A stretch of DNA of 64,000 bases from Thermoprotei archaeon (GCA_003649205.1 QMRC01000002.1:160001-224000); one strand, 5' to 3'; shown: positions 27,999-38,074, counted from the first letter of the stretch. Program-made: numbers and translations. Notes: generated by a model from the sequence alone, not told the origin.

Positions 27999-29162
27999 GT
28001 GAGCTACGACTACGAGGAAATTACGATACCAAATGGTAGGGTTGATAGGATCGACTTCTGGATTTCGCCACCTGTACTCTACTCAGTAATTCGTACAGTT
28101 GATAAGTTGAGTCAAGTTCTCTCAACTAAGTCTACTAAAGTTCTTACTGCTGTGGGGAAGGTAAAGGATAGGGTCGAGATAAAGGAAATTAGGACTAACA
28201 TAGGGACTGATCTAGTCACTGTAGCCATAGACTCAACTTATACCATACCTTATCTAGAGTTAATTGGTGGTAACTTAGCTATTGTTGCTGCGGGATTCGT
28301 AAGGTATCCAGCATTGAAGAAGGGTATCAACAGCTATGCGACAGCAACCATTGTACTAGATGATGAGGTTCAGAACTTTGAGAACTACGTCAGTAAGATT
28401 GCTCAGTACATGGAGAGGAAGGTACTGTATAGATTGTTGAAGAAGTTGGAGAGAGGTTACAGATTTGACTTAGTTGCTATCGATGGTAGTATTCTCCCAG
28501 CTCCTTTACCCTTTGCATTACCAAGTGGTATTAAGGGAAGGAGCGAGAGTAAGGTTGGTAAGGTGCTGTCCAAGAGTTTTCTCCTGATGAAGGAGATCAT
28601 TAAGTTAGCTAGGAAACATAATGTTGCTATAGTTGGCATAATTAAGAGAGTTAGGACAAAGTACTTCTCGATTATTCTCGGTGAAAAAGCTCCAGTAAAT
28701 GATAAGGTAATTGCTTCTCTCTTACTGAAGCCAAGTACCTACTTAGTGCTCGGTAAATTGGGTAGTATAGTTAGGGAGTATGTGAAGTATGTAAGGGGTT
28801 TGTCGTTGAAGGAAGTAGATGAGGTTAGAGATGCTCTTCCAGAAGTCGATGACATAGATGTTGTCTTCTACCGATCACCCATGAGCCTCTATATGCAGAG
28901 TACCAAGGTTGAGATACTGAACTTTAGCAACGTAGATCTTCATGATATCATTAGCTATCTCTGCATTCATACGACGCATACTGGAGTCCCTCACTTCATG
29001 GACATGGTAGATGCATACATTAGGTGCGAATCCAAGGTCTTACCTCATATACAGCAAATTCTCGAGAGTAAGGTAATTGAGAAGGGTGGATTACCTATAC
29101 TAACTGGATTTACAAATCCACAGAAGATGCACCTATACCGCGATCAGTTTCATTCAAGGTAA
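27999..29162 (+). CDS. NurA-family nuclease
   Basis: VAIDST, AIDGSIL, VGIIKR, GVPHFMDMVD; coupled to the HerA gene. Confidence 0.78.
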   Translation: MSYDYEEITIPNGRVDRIDFWISPPVLYSVIRTVDKLSQVLSTKSTKVLTAVGKVKDRVEIKEIRTNIGTDLVTVAIDSTYTIPYLELIGGNLAIVAAGFVRYPALKKGINSYATATIVLDDEVQNFENYVSKIAQYMERKVLYRLLKKLERGYRFDLVAIDGSILPAPLPFALPSGIKGRSESKVGKVLSKSFLLMKEIIKLARKHNVAIVGIIKRVRTKYFSIILGEKAPVNDKVIASLLLKPSTYLVLGKLGSIVREYVKYVRGLSLKEVDEVRDALPEVDDIDVVFYRSPMSLYMQSTKVEILNFSNVDLHDIISYLCIHTTHTGVPHFMDMVDAYIRCESKVLPHIQQILESKVIEKGGLPILTGFTNPQKMHLYRDQFHSR

Positions 29163-29819
29163 TTACTTTGGTACATGTGTACAAGTTTCTTCCCTCTCCT
29201 CCTTTCTCTCCTCATATAATCTATGCAGTAGGAGACGAACTTTCTTCGCTATGATATCGGTCTTAGTTATTATACCAACAACCCTGCCCCTATCAGCAAC
29301 CAAGACTGCTGGTACACCCTGTGACAATATCTTAACTACGACGTCGATTCTCTCATTAACACTAATTATCGGAAGAGCATCAGACATTATCTTCTCAACT
29401 GGTTCTTTGAGAATTGCATCACCTTCCCTAATCAACGCTCTCAATACATCATCCTCCTTAACAGTGCCAATAACCTTGTCATCCTTTATGACAGGTAGCT
29501 GAGAAAAGCCATGTTTCCACATGAGTTTGATAGCCTTCTCGACACTATCCTCTGGTTGAACGTACACAACGGGTGAGTTCATTACGTCACCTGCTTTAGT
29601 TCCTTCAGTAATGCTCTCTTCCAGTACTTTTAGTATTCTCCTTAGTGTTGATAGACGAGGATCAACTGTACCAGCTTCAATCCTAGCTATTAGAGACTGA
29701 CTTACACAAGCTCTCTTAGCTAGTTCTCTCTGTGTTAATCCAGCCTTTTTACGAAGGAGTTTTATGTCTTCAGGTGTTGGTAGAAAGGACATGTAGTAGC
29801 ACCGAGTATAATTTTTCAT
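29163..29819 (-). CDS. HTH-CBS transcriptional regulator (COG3620-like)
   Basis: LTQRELAKRACVSQSLIARIE..DPRLST plus a CBS pair. Confidence 0.88.
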   Translation of the reverse strand: MKNYTRCYYMSFLPTPEDIKLLRKKAGLTQRELAKRACVSQSLIARIEAGTVDPRLSTLRRILKVLEESITEGTKAGDVMNSPVVYVQPEDSVEKAIKLMWKHGFSQLPVIKDDKVIGTVKEDDVLRALIREGDAILKEPVEKIMSDALPIISVNERIDVVVKILSQGVPAVLVADRGRVVGIITKTDIIAKKVRLLLHRLYEERKEEREETCTHVPK

Positions 29820-29851
29820 TGAGAATCTTAAAAATCTGATTTAGGCAAGGT

Positions 29852-30973
29852 ATGCTATTCGAGAGACCTAAGGATGCTCTACTTGAGGTGTTGCGTGAGG
29901 AGGGTCTCTTTTCAGTAGCTTGCCATGTAAGAGGTATTGTGAAGAGACCTAGAGAGGATCCATTTCAGGATCTTGCTGTTGCACTTCTCCTCGGTAAAGG
30001 GGTTCTTACTGAACGACGTGAAGGTGATTTACCGAGAGGCGTCGTTTATCGTGAGGGTGTATTCAAGTTCTTGGGTGGTCCTGGAGATGAGCACCCTGAT
30101 GTGGTCTTCAGAAAGGTAGGTAGCGGGTATAAGCACGTACTAGAGGGGGTAGCTCTCGAAAGGTTACTATCTAGATTCCCCCTCATAGTGATTGACCTAT
30201 CACTCTGGGAACGACATACAGAAGGTGAGAAGTCTAGGCTCATACAGCAGCTAGCTTCCTCACTTAACGTAGTTAGAGCATTTCTCTGGGATCAACACCT
30301 CGTACTTACATGTACTTACCCATCGATTGCTGAGCGATTTAGGAGAGCTGTAGGTCAGAGAGCAAGACCTCAAGTAACGCAGGAGTCAACACTTGAATTT
30401 CTCAGGAGTTTAGGTCGTGTAAGGGCTATTCTCCTAGATCCAAATGTTGATGAAGAACTCACTACAGATGATGTACTCACTGCTGATGTCTTCGTCATCG
30501 GTGGTATAGTCGATAGAGAGGTACCGAGACCTGGTGAGACCAGGTTAATTGCTGATAAGTTAGGTTCTTTGGTTGAGAGAAAGAAGATCGTACTACGTGG
30601 TAAGTTGTATGGTGTCCCTCACAGGGTAAATAGAGTGATTGAGTTAATACTTAGAACGAGGTACGTTACGAGAGATCTCGAGAAAGCAATTCTCTCTACA
30701 ATGTCGATATACGATAAACTATGGAGACTTCGTCATGAACTTGTTGAGAGAGCTATTAGGGTTAGAATTGAAGGTAGTACCAAGCTCCTCATCTCGAGGT
30801 CAGTAGTTAATGAGTTACGTAGGTTTCTAGGTCTCGATATAGAGTATATTAACCTAGCTATAAGGCAGGTCGGTGTTGAGGTAGTTGATGACGATTATCT
30901 GGGTAAGGTGCTTCGGTCATGTGAAGTCGTTAGGAGAAGAGATGGTAGGGTAGTTTATGTTTTTAGGGGGTAG
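29852..30973 (+). CDS. trm10: tRNA m1R9 methyltransferase (Trm10, SPOUT fold)
   Basis: IVIDLS, QQL, LLDP, FVIGGIVD, GVPHRVN. Confidence 0.75.
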   Translation: MLFERPKDALLEVLREEGLFSVACHVRGIVKRPREDPFQDLAVALLLGKGVLTERREGDLPRGVVYREGVFKFLGGPGDEHPDVVFRKVGSGYKHVLEGVALERLLSRFPLIVIDLSLWERHTEGEKSRLIQQLASSLNVVRAFLWDQHLVLTCTYPSIAERFRRAVGQRARPQVTQESTLEFLRSLGRVRAILLDPNVDEELTTDDVLTADVFVIGGIVDREVPRPGETRLIADKLGSLVERKKIVLRGKLYGVPHRVNRVIELILRTRYVTRDLEKAILSTMSIYDKLWRLRHELVERAIRVRIEGSTKLLISRSVVNELRRFLGLDIEYINLAIRQVGVEVVDDDYLGKVLRSCEVVRRRDGRVVYVFRG

Positions 30974-31004
30974 TTCCTGAAGTTGTTCTTGAAGAGGGTT
31001 TTGT

Positions 31005-31847
31005 GTGAGTAGTAAGGAGTTTACAGTAGTTATACCTGCATACAATGAGATGGGTAGGATAGATAAGTACCTACCTGAGCTAGTACGTACTCTTGACAAG
31101 TACTTAGGAGATAGCTGTGAAGTAATTATTGTCACTGATGGGTGTACAGATGGTACTGATCTATGGGTCCATGAATTTAGTAAGCAGCATACAAACATCA
31201 AGCATCTAAACTTCAAGCATAGACTAGGTAAGGGAAGAGCTATTGTCACTGGACTGAGTATTGGCAGAGGTAGGTATCTCGCATATGTAGATGCTGATGG
31301 TTCAGTACCACCTAAGGAGGTAGTTAAGCTACTCCTATACATTAAGAAGGTGAACTGTGATCTAGTGATCGCTTCACGTTACTTACCAACATCACAGATC
31401 CTTAGAAAGCCGCCACTAATACGTATCCTGTACTCAAGAATCTTCAATGCAATCACTAAGATGTTATTTCCTGTACTCAGCACAATTCATGATACTCAAT
31501 GTGGACTAAAGGTAATTCGTCGAAGTACCTTCAGTAAGATTAAGAGTAAATTACTGGTACAGAATTTCGCCTTTGATGTCAATCTAATACTATCGGTAAT
31601 AGACGTGAGTGGTGAAGTTGTTGAAGTACCGATTCAGTGGTTTCACGTTGATATAGGGAGTAAGGTTAACGGAGAAGGTAGCATATTCACTAGGGTTAGA
31701 TGCTTAAATAAGGTAGGTCTTCAAATGCTACTTTCAGTACTGAAGCTAAAACTCTACAGAGGTAGATTAGGTATTGGGAGAGCACTACTTCAGCACCTTG
31801 GTAAGGTACTTGACTTCCTAATTTCACTTACCTTGAGAGGTGAGTAG
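31005..31847 (+). CDS. GT2 glycosyltransferase (dolichyl-phosphate glucosyltransferase-like)
   Basis: VVIPAYNE, DGCTDGT, GKGRA, DADGS, ASRY, DTQCGLK. Confidence 0.87.
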   Translation: MSSKEFTVVIPAYNEMGRIDKYLPELVRTLDKYLGDSCEVIIVTDGCTDGTDLWVHEFSKQHTNIKHLNFKHRLGKGRAIVTGLSIGRGRYLAYVDADGSVPPKEVVKLLLYIKKVNCDLVIASRYLPTSQILRKPPLIRILYSRIFNAITKMLFPVLSTIHDTQCGLKVIRRSTFSKIKSKLLVQNFAFDVNLILSVIDVSGEVVEVPIQWFHVDIGSKVNGEGSIFTRVRCLNKVGLQMLLSVLKLKLYRGRLGIGRALLQHLGKVLDFLISLTLRGE

Positions 31848-31879
31848 ATAGGTTAGGTAGTGAGGAGCTCCTCATCCTC

Positions 31880-32824
31880 ATGTACATAGCGAGGAGTGGA
31901 GAGCACTCGGTATCAGTAGATGAGCTGTGTAGAAGCACAGGGATGAACCGAGTGCAGCTATACAAGCTAGTTCACAGATTGTGTGATCTCAACTTACTAC
32001 ACTTCACTGAGTCTCAACTCAGGTGTAGACTCGATCTAGATAACCTACGTGTAGTTACTGACCTACTACCTAAACTGAGAACCGAAGTTCTTAGGTATAG
32101 AGCTCTGTACCTCGAGAGAACGACGTCTACACAGGATATCGTGCACAGATTAGCTAGGTGTGGATTTGAGGAAGGTTACGTCGTGATTGCTGAAGAGCAG
32201 CTTAGAGGAAGAGGAAGATGGGGTAGAACCTGGGTATCACCTAAAGGCGGTCTATGGTTTAGTGTACTGCTGAGACCAAAGGTAGCACTCCCACAGCAGA
32301 TTTCAATGGCGGCATCACTATCAGTTGCTGAAGTACTTAACAACTTACTTAAAATACCCACATACCTCAAATGGCCAAATGATGTAGTGATTCAAGGTAG
32401 GAAGGTATGTGGAGTACTCGTAGAGTCAAAGTGCGGAAAATACGGTGTAGAGTACATAGCGCTTGGTATAGGGATCAACGTAAATAATGAGGTACCTGAA
32501 GAACTTAGAGAACATGCCACATCACTGAGAGATGAAGTGAGACAGCAAGTACCTAGGGTACCAATACTCCTCAGCATACTCAAACAATTTGATCAACACT
32601 ACAAACACCTGGAGGCGAAGAGAGGCAGTAGAGTAGTGACAAGGTACTACAAACTCCTCATAGAGCGAAATCACAGGGTACGAATTGAATTGATCAATGG
32701 AGAACACATAGAGGGAAAAGTAATCGGTATAGATATCGACGGTAGCATAGTACTATCAACTGAAGGTAAGGAGGTACCCATACAGAGCGAACTTGTCAGG
32801 AAGGTACACGTACTTACAGAGTAA
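31880..32824 (+). CDS. birA: Biotin protein ligase with N-terminal HTH
   Basis: STQD, GRGRWGRTW, KWPND, KVCGVL, GIGINV. Confidence 0.9.
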   Translation: MYIARSGEHSVSVDELCRSTGMNRVQLYKLVHRLCDLNLLHFTESQLRCRLDLDNLRVVTDLLPKLRTEVLRYRALYLERTTSTQDIVHRLARCGFEEGYVVIAEEQLRGRGRWGRTWVSPKGGLWFSVLLRPKVALPQQISMAASLSVAEVLNNLLKIPTYLKWPNDVVIQGRKVCGVLVESKCGKYGVEYIALGIGINVNNEVPEELREHATSLRDEVRQQVPRVPILLSILKQFDQHYKHLEAKRGSRVVTRYYKLLIERNHRVRIELINGEHIEGKVIGIDIDGSIVLSTEGKEVPIQSELVRKVHVLTE

Positions 32825-32872
32825 AGCAAAAATTAAAAATACCCAAGACACGTATCTCTAGGCGGGATCCAT

Positions 32873-32950
32873 GCGGCCGTCGTCTAGCCTGGACTAGGAC
32901 GGCGGCCTGCCGCGCCGCTGACCCGGGTTCAAATCCCGGCGGCCGCACCA
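32873..32950 (+). tRNA. tRNA-Gly(GCC), CCA encoded
   Basis: Acceptor GCGGCCG/CGGCCGC, anticodon arm GCGGC-CTGCCGC-GCCGC, T-loop GTTCAAATC. Confidence 0.96.
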
Positions 32951-32991
32951 ACCCCCTCCTGGAACCTCCTCAACACCACCATATGGTGCTA

Positions 32992-33933
32992 CTAGAGATA
33001 TGTTCTCACTAGCAACGGATATCTCTCTCTAAGTACATCAGCTAGTAATCTTGGGAATACTCTATACCTACCCTTCTTGCTAACTGTGACGAGTTCATAC
33101 ATCTTCAACTTCCCTAAAATTCTCCTCAGTGATCTTAGTGAGATCTTGATATCCCTCGAGATAGGTACATGTGGTAGCTCTCTAGCTATCTCCTCATCAG
33201 TAGCTTCTTCAAGTCTAGCTACTGCGAGCAACGTCAATCTCTCCAACTTACTTAAGTCAGTAAATACACGCTCAGCTAATGAATTTCTCCTAGTTGAGAC
33301 ATAGGTAAGAAGTTCTCGATAATTACTCTCAAGAACATCTACTGAGAGCTTCCTTGAGATAGAGGTTAGGTACTCCAACAGTATACCTAAAGCACTTGGA
33401 ACACCTTCACATAGCTCATACAGTACATCTGTGAAATCACGCTCTATATCAACCCCACATCTACTACTAAGAACTTGAAGAAATCTCTTAACTTCACCTC
33501 GTGTAAGAGGTCTCAACCTGATTAGTGTAGTACCACTAGGCGCTGAAGACTCTAGATAATTCACGTTAGCAACAGCTAGCAAGAACTTCGTACGCTCTTT
33601 CTCACTAAGGTACTTCACACTGCTCATAGATCCAGCATAGTCATCAAGTAAGTACACTACATCGCTACTGAACTTGTAGGAGGATGGATTCACTACACCA
33701 CTCACATACCTAACATCTTTACCATACATCATGAGAGATGCTGCTATTGAGAATAGTAGACTCGTTTTACCGTAGCCAAGCCATCCATGCACGATAACTA
33801 CCTTAGTGCTCTCGCTCTGAAGTTCGGTAAGTATCCTCTCCTTAATCTCTAGGTGTGTTACATGTAGGTTAGGTGGTAGTGGCGATGTTGCTGATATGAG
33901 TGGTTTGTAGTGCTGTGTATGATCGTACTTCAT
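32992..33933 (-). CDS. Archaeal STAND-like P-loop ATPase with C-terminal wHTH
   Basis: GWLGYGKT, YLLDD, EGVP (GxP) and an HTH-like C-terminus. Confidence 0.6.
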   Translation of the reverse strand: MKYDHTQHYKPLISATSPLPPNLHVTHLEIKERILTELQSESTKVVIVHGWLGYGKTSLLFSIAASLMMYGKDVRYVSGVVNPSSYKFSSDVVYLLDDYAGSMSSVKYLSEKERTKFLLAVANVNYLESSAPSGTTLIRLRPLTRGEVKRFLQVLSSRCGVDIERDFTDVLYELCEGVPSALGILLEYLTSISRKLSVDVLESNYRELLTYVSTRRNSLAERVFTDLSKLERLTLLAVARLEEATDEEIARELPHVPISRDIKISLRSLRRILGKLKMYELVTVSKKGRYRVFPRLLADVLRERYPLLVRTYL

Positions 33934-33938
33934 GATCC

Positions 33939-33990
33939 TCGCCTAAATGCCTTCTCTTCATCAATCAGTGTAACCCTGATCGCTCATCGG
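33939..33990 (-). ncRNA. Box C/D sRNA candidate (degenerate C and D boxes)
   Basis: Minus strand: CCGATGA-gcgatcagggttaca-CTGA..ATGAAGA-gaaggcatttag-GCGA. Confidence 0.55.
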
Positions 33991-34052
33991 ATCTGAGAGA
34001 GTGTGCATGGGGAAAGTACATATACTTTTCCTCTACCTAGTGTACGTGCTGG

Positions 34053-34104
34053 ATGATGATTGCGTTGGTGGGGGTTATTGATGCCCGACGAAGGGCGAGG
34101 CTGA
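34053..34104 (+). ncRNA. Box C/D sRNA candidate
   Basis: ATGATGA...TTGATGC-ccgacgaagggcgagg-CTGA; D' box unclear. Confidence 0.5.
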
Positions 34105-34161
34105 TGCTATCTAGGGAAAGATTTTTCTCTAAGCGTATTCGTGGGGTCGTGGGGGTGTGTT

Positions 34162-34338
34162 ATGGCATACGTCCCTAAGACGTTGATGGTTGGTAGATGT
34201 TGGAGGTGTGGGAAGAGACTGTACAAAGGTGATACCTTCTACTACTGTGCAAGGTGTAATACGTACTACTGTCCTACCTGCTACAGGAAGACCTTTGGTA
34301 AGTGTCCATGTTGTCAGCTACCGCTTAGAGAGGTCTAG
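34162..34338 (+). CDS. Small Cys-rich zinc-finger protein (C4C4 RING/C1-like spacing)
   Basis: CWRC-x12-CARC-x4-CPTC-x7-CPCC; ATG at 34162 after a GGGGTG SD. Confidence 0.75.
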   Translation: MAYVPKTLMVGRCWRCGKRLYKGDTFYYCARCNTYYCPTCYRKTFGKCPCCQLPLREV

Positions 34339-34808
34339 GAGCTGCCTCTTCTCAACTCGTTGACCTTATTGAACACGGCATTGAGTACCTTAAGCATGTC
34401 TCCTGGTCTGTACCCACTTCTCGTACCTCGGTACCTCTTCTCGATATCGCCCATGGTTAGCTTAACTACCTCTGGATAGATCTCTAACTCCATGTAATAG
34501 GTCTTGAATTTCATGTACTTACTCGGTACATAGGTAAATTCTCCGAAGTACGTGTAGTGACCTAATCTCAATGTTGACTCAACGATGTTGATTAATCCAT
34601 CCATAGCTGATACGAACTTCATGCATGAGCTTTTCAGGTTGTCCTCATCTACTGTGTAGGCTGGTCCCTTAGAGAATGTCACGATTACTGTAAAGTCCTT
34701 CCTAACAGCCATCATCGATATCAGTACATCCAGGTATATTATGTGTAGACCCCTAACCCACTTACCACGTGTGAAAGAGAGCAAACCCTCAATTCTCATA
34801 CCGATCAA
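34335..34808 (-). CDS. Hypothetical protein
   Basis: 157-aa ORF filling the gap; no recognised motif. Confidence 0.6.
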   Translation of the reverse strand: MIGMRIEGLLSFTRGKWVRGLHIIYLDVLISMMAVRKDFTVIVTFSKGPAYTVDEDNLKSSCMKFVSAMDGLINIVESTLRLGHYTYFGEFTYVPSKYMKFKTYYMELEIYPEVVKLTMGDIEKRYRGTRSGYRPGDMLKVLNAVFNKVNELRRGSS

Positions 34809-34857
34809 CCCACATTACAAGTAACCTCTATAAAGTGTTACCGCTAGTGAATTCACG

Positions 34858-34908
34858 GTGATGAAGCTGAGCTACGCAGATTTGATGAAGAGTGCTTGCG
34901 AGGGCTGA
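34858..34908 (+). ncRNA. Box C/D sRNA candidate with a tRNA D-arm guide
   Basis: GTGATGA-agctgagctacg-CAGA..ATGAAGA-gtgcttgcgaggg-CTGA. Confidence 0.8.
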
Positions 34909-34910
34909 CT

Positions 34911-36119
34911 ATGGAGCTTCGTGGTGTAGTAGATCTCCCACTTCACGATGGGTACGTACCTACGTGGCTCTTCAAGAGAATGAGAAGGCTAACCACCGTG
35001 GTATTTAAGGTGCTCCTTGATGAGTTTGGTGTTGAGAAGCTCTTTGAGAGATTGAGTAATCCATTGTGGTTTCAAGCTCTTAATAATGTAATTGGTATGG
35101 ACTGGAATTCAAGCGGTAGTACAACCGTTACCTGTGCTGTCATAAAGCTTGTCCTGAATAATGAGTTGAGGGGTTATGGAGTTAGAGTTGTTGGTGGAAA
35201 GGGAGTGCTTAGTAGGGAAGTTCCTAGGGAGCTTAGGTATCGTGCTCCCGAGCTAGGTCTTAGTGAGGAGGATGTCGATTACTTGATTAAGGTCTCGAGA
35301 TTGGTAGCTAAGGTCGATACAGCTGCTGTTCAGAGTGGGTACACGTTGTATCACCATGTACTTCTATTCGATGGTGAGGGTAGGTGGTTAGTTATACAGC
35401 AGGGTATGAGAACCGATGTAAAGCTTGCGAGGAGGTATCATTGGTATCATGGATCGGTAAATAAACTATTTACTGATGATCCTAAGGAAAAGGTTGTTGC
35501 TTTGAGATTTCACGAAGGTGTACTGAATTTAGTTCATAGGGATAGTGCTCGCTGTAGAGAAACAATTCTTGACTTAGTTTGTAATGAGCCTGTGGTGAGA
35601 ACTATGAGGTACCTGAGGTATGTGAAGAGCACTATTAAGGCACATAGTTCGATGAAAAGTGGCCTTTGCACGCTTGATGAATTCATAGGTACGTCAAATA
35701 CTTTTAGCAAAGAGCTTCCACAAATTGGCACGACAATTTACTATAGATTACCGGGTGATGAATATGTAGAGAAGGTACTCAGGAAGGTTAAGGAATGTAA
35801 TGTTGAGAGCTTTGATGACTTACTTCTCGTTGATGGGCTTGGTCCTGCTGTTCTACGTGCTTTAGCACTGATAGCTGAGGTCATATACCGTGATCCACCA
35901 GCATACTGTGACAACGTTACCCACTTGGTAGATGAATACGATCCATTTAAGTTCTCGTTTGCTCTTGGTGGTAAGGATGGTGTTCCTTATCCTATATCGA
36001 GAGAGTTGTATGATGAGGTATTGAATGTACTAGAGAGGTTGATCTCATCAAAAGAATTGAATCAAGGAGAGAGATCACACGTACTGGAAATGTACCGTAG
36101 GTTAAGGTCATTCACTTAG
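34911..36119 (+). CDS. DUF763-family protein
   Basis: DLPLHDG..PTWLF, GMDWNSSGSTT, AKVDTAAVQSGY, QQGM, ARRYHW, GGKDGVPYP; ATG at 34911. Confidence 0.85.
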   Translation: MELRGVVDLPLHDGYVPTWLFKRMRRLTTVVFKVLLDEFGVEKLFERLSNPLWFQALNNVIGMDWNSSGSTTVTCAVIKLVLNNELRGYGVRVVGGKGVLSREVPRELRYRAPELGLSEEDVDYLIKVSRLVAKVDTAAVQSGYTLYHHVLLFDGEGRWLVIQQGMRTDVKLARRYHWYHGSVNKLFTDDPKEKVVALRFHEGVLNLVHRDSARCRETILDLVCNEPVVRTMRYLRYVKSTIKAHSSMKSGLCTLDEFIGTSNTFSKELPQIGTTIYYRLPGDEYVEKVLRKVKECNVESFDDLLLVDGLGPAVLRALALIAEVIYRDPPAYCDNVTHLVDEYDPFKFSFALGGKDGVPYPISRELYDEVLNVLERLISSKELNQGERSHVLEMYRRLRSFT

Positions 36120-36375
36120 AAATACTATGTTTAACCTACTCCTATGCTCCTCACAGTTGATACTTTTCCCTGAACTATTGATGAAAACATAATACCTTTA
36201 CCTTAATGTGCTGTGCTTAAGTAGCTATTGCTGCTGGCTTTTTATGATGGAGAGGTTAGAAAGCACTTGGTTCACCGTCCAATGTATACGTTACCCAACA
36301 GTAGTACAGCACCCATAACAACCATGTGAATGAGTATGAGGTACCTGTACTCAGCTTCCTAAAAATGTTTTTAAT

Positions 36376-38067
36376 TTGAGTGAAGCCCCAGTTGGTGTGA
36401 TGAGTTCTGAGGGATTCTGGATAGATCGTGTTACCTCAGAGATCAGGAAGAGGAAGCAGGAGCCTATTGTGTTAAGTACTGGGAAAACGCCGTCGGGACC
36501 AATACACATAGGTAGCTATAGAGAGCTGATCATGGTAAGTGCTCTGGAGAGGAGATTGAGATCGCTTGGTAAGGAGGTGAAGGTACTATTCTTCGTAGAT
36601 TCTTTTGATCCCATGAAGTCTATTCCAGCGAATCTGAGAGAGGAGTTTAGCCGTGATGTAGTTGAAGAACTTGAGAGGTACATAGGAAAGCCGTTGTGTG
36701 ATGTACCAGATCCATATGGTAAGTGTCACAGTAGTTATGCTGAGCACTTTGCTGAAGAGTTCATTAGTACGTTTGCTGAATTTGGTGTCTATGCTGAGGT
36801 TATTTACAGTCACAGACTTTATGAGAGGTCTGAGATGAAGGAGTGTGTTAGGTTAGTTCTCAAGAAGCTTGATGTAGTTAAGAAAATTCGTGAGAAGTAC
36901 TTAGCTGAGGTAGCTAAGCTGGATAAGGAGATTGTTGTTGGGGAGTGGAGTCCTGTAATGGTTGTATGTCCTAGATGTGGTATGTTGGCACCAAAGATAG
37001 CAGGTGAAGTTAAACCGAATAGGGTCATAGATTATGATCTAGAGTCTGATAAAGTGTACTTCAGATGTAACAGCTGCGGCTACAGTGATTGGGTACCTCT
37101 TTCAAGTGCTAGAGTTAAGTTGAGTTGGAGAATTGATTGGGCTGCTAAGTGGTTCATCTTTAAGGTTACCTGTGAACCTGCTGGAAAGGATCACTGTGTA
37201 CGTGGTGGAGCATATGATATGGCGTTAGAGATATGTAGGGAGGTCTTTGGGTATGAAGGTCCTGTGAAGGTACCTTACGAGTGGTTTACCTTTGGTGGTA
37301 AGGCGATGAAGACACATAAGGGAATAACGTTTACTCCAAGAGAGTGGCTTGAAGTTGCTCCACCTGAGGTCCTTAGGTTTTTGGTACTATCTACAGATCC
37401 AATGAGGCACATTGACTTTGTACCTGAAAAGGTTCCTAATCTAGTAGATAGCTTTGATACTGTAGAGAGGATTTACTTTGGTCTTGAGAAGCCTCGTTCT
37501 GAAGCTGATGAGTTTAAAGCTAGGGTAGTGTACCCGTTATGTGTTCCAGAGTGGCGATTAAGGAGAAAACCTGCTAGAGTACCGTATAGGTTAGCTGTGT
37601 ACCTAGTTCAGCTAGGTGATTTACTTGGTGAGGATAAGGTGTTGATGAAGGCTATGGACTTTGCGAGGAGGTACTACGATAAGCCTGAGCTAGATGAGGA
37701 GGATGTGAAGGACATCAAGAGAAGACTATACATGGCAAGCAACTGGGTTAGGAAGTATGCACCGGATAGAATGAGGTTTAGCATTTGTCCTGAGGTTCCT
37801 GAATCCATTAAGAAGAGTCTTAGCCCTGAACAGAGACAAGCACTTAAGGAGGTAGCTAATGTACTTGAGACTGAGGAACTAAGTGAAGTAGAGCTCCAGA
37901 ACAGGATATTCAAGATAGCTAGTGACCTAGGTATCGAGGCACCCAAGGTATTTCAAGCTGTGTACCTAGTACTTCTCGGTAAACCTTTTGGTCCTCGGCT
38001 AGCCCCACTACTACTAGCTCTTGACAGGGAATGGTTGGTGAAGAGATTGAGAGATGCTATAGCTTAA
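36376..38067 (+). CDS. lysS: Lysine--tRNA ligase, class I
   Basis: TPSGPIHIG, KLSWRIDWAAKW, EPAGKDH, MKTHKG, GPRL. Confidence 0.95.
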   Translation: MSEAPVGVMSSEGFWIDRVTSEIRKRKQEPIVLSTGKTPSGPIHIGSYRELIMVSALERRLRSLGKEVKVLFFVDSFDPMKSIPANLREEFSRDVVEELERYIGKPLCDVPDPYGKCHSSYAEHFAEEFISTFAEFGVYAEVIYSHRLYERSEMKECVRLVLKKLDVVKKIREKYLAEVAKLDKEIVVGEWSPVMVVCPRCGMLAPKIAGEVKPNRVIDYDLESDKVYFRCNSCGYSDWVPLSSARVKLSWRIDWAAKWFIFKVTCEPAGKDHCVRGGAYDMALEICREVFGYEGPVKVPYEWFTFGGKAMKTHKGITFTPREWLEVAPPEVLRFLVLSTDPMRHIDFVPEKVPNLVDSFDTVERIYFGLEKPRSEADEFKARVVYPLCVPEWRLRRKPARVPYRLAVYLVQLGDLLGEDKVLMKAMDFARRYYDKPELDEEDVKDIKRRLYMASNWVRKYAPDRMRFSICPEVPESIKKSLSPEQRQALKEVANVLETEELSEVELQNRIFKIASDLGIEAPKVFQAVYLVLLGKPFGPRLAPLLLALDREWLVKRLRDAIA

Positions 38068-38074
38068 GTTGAGT

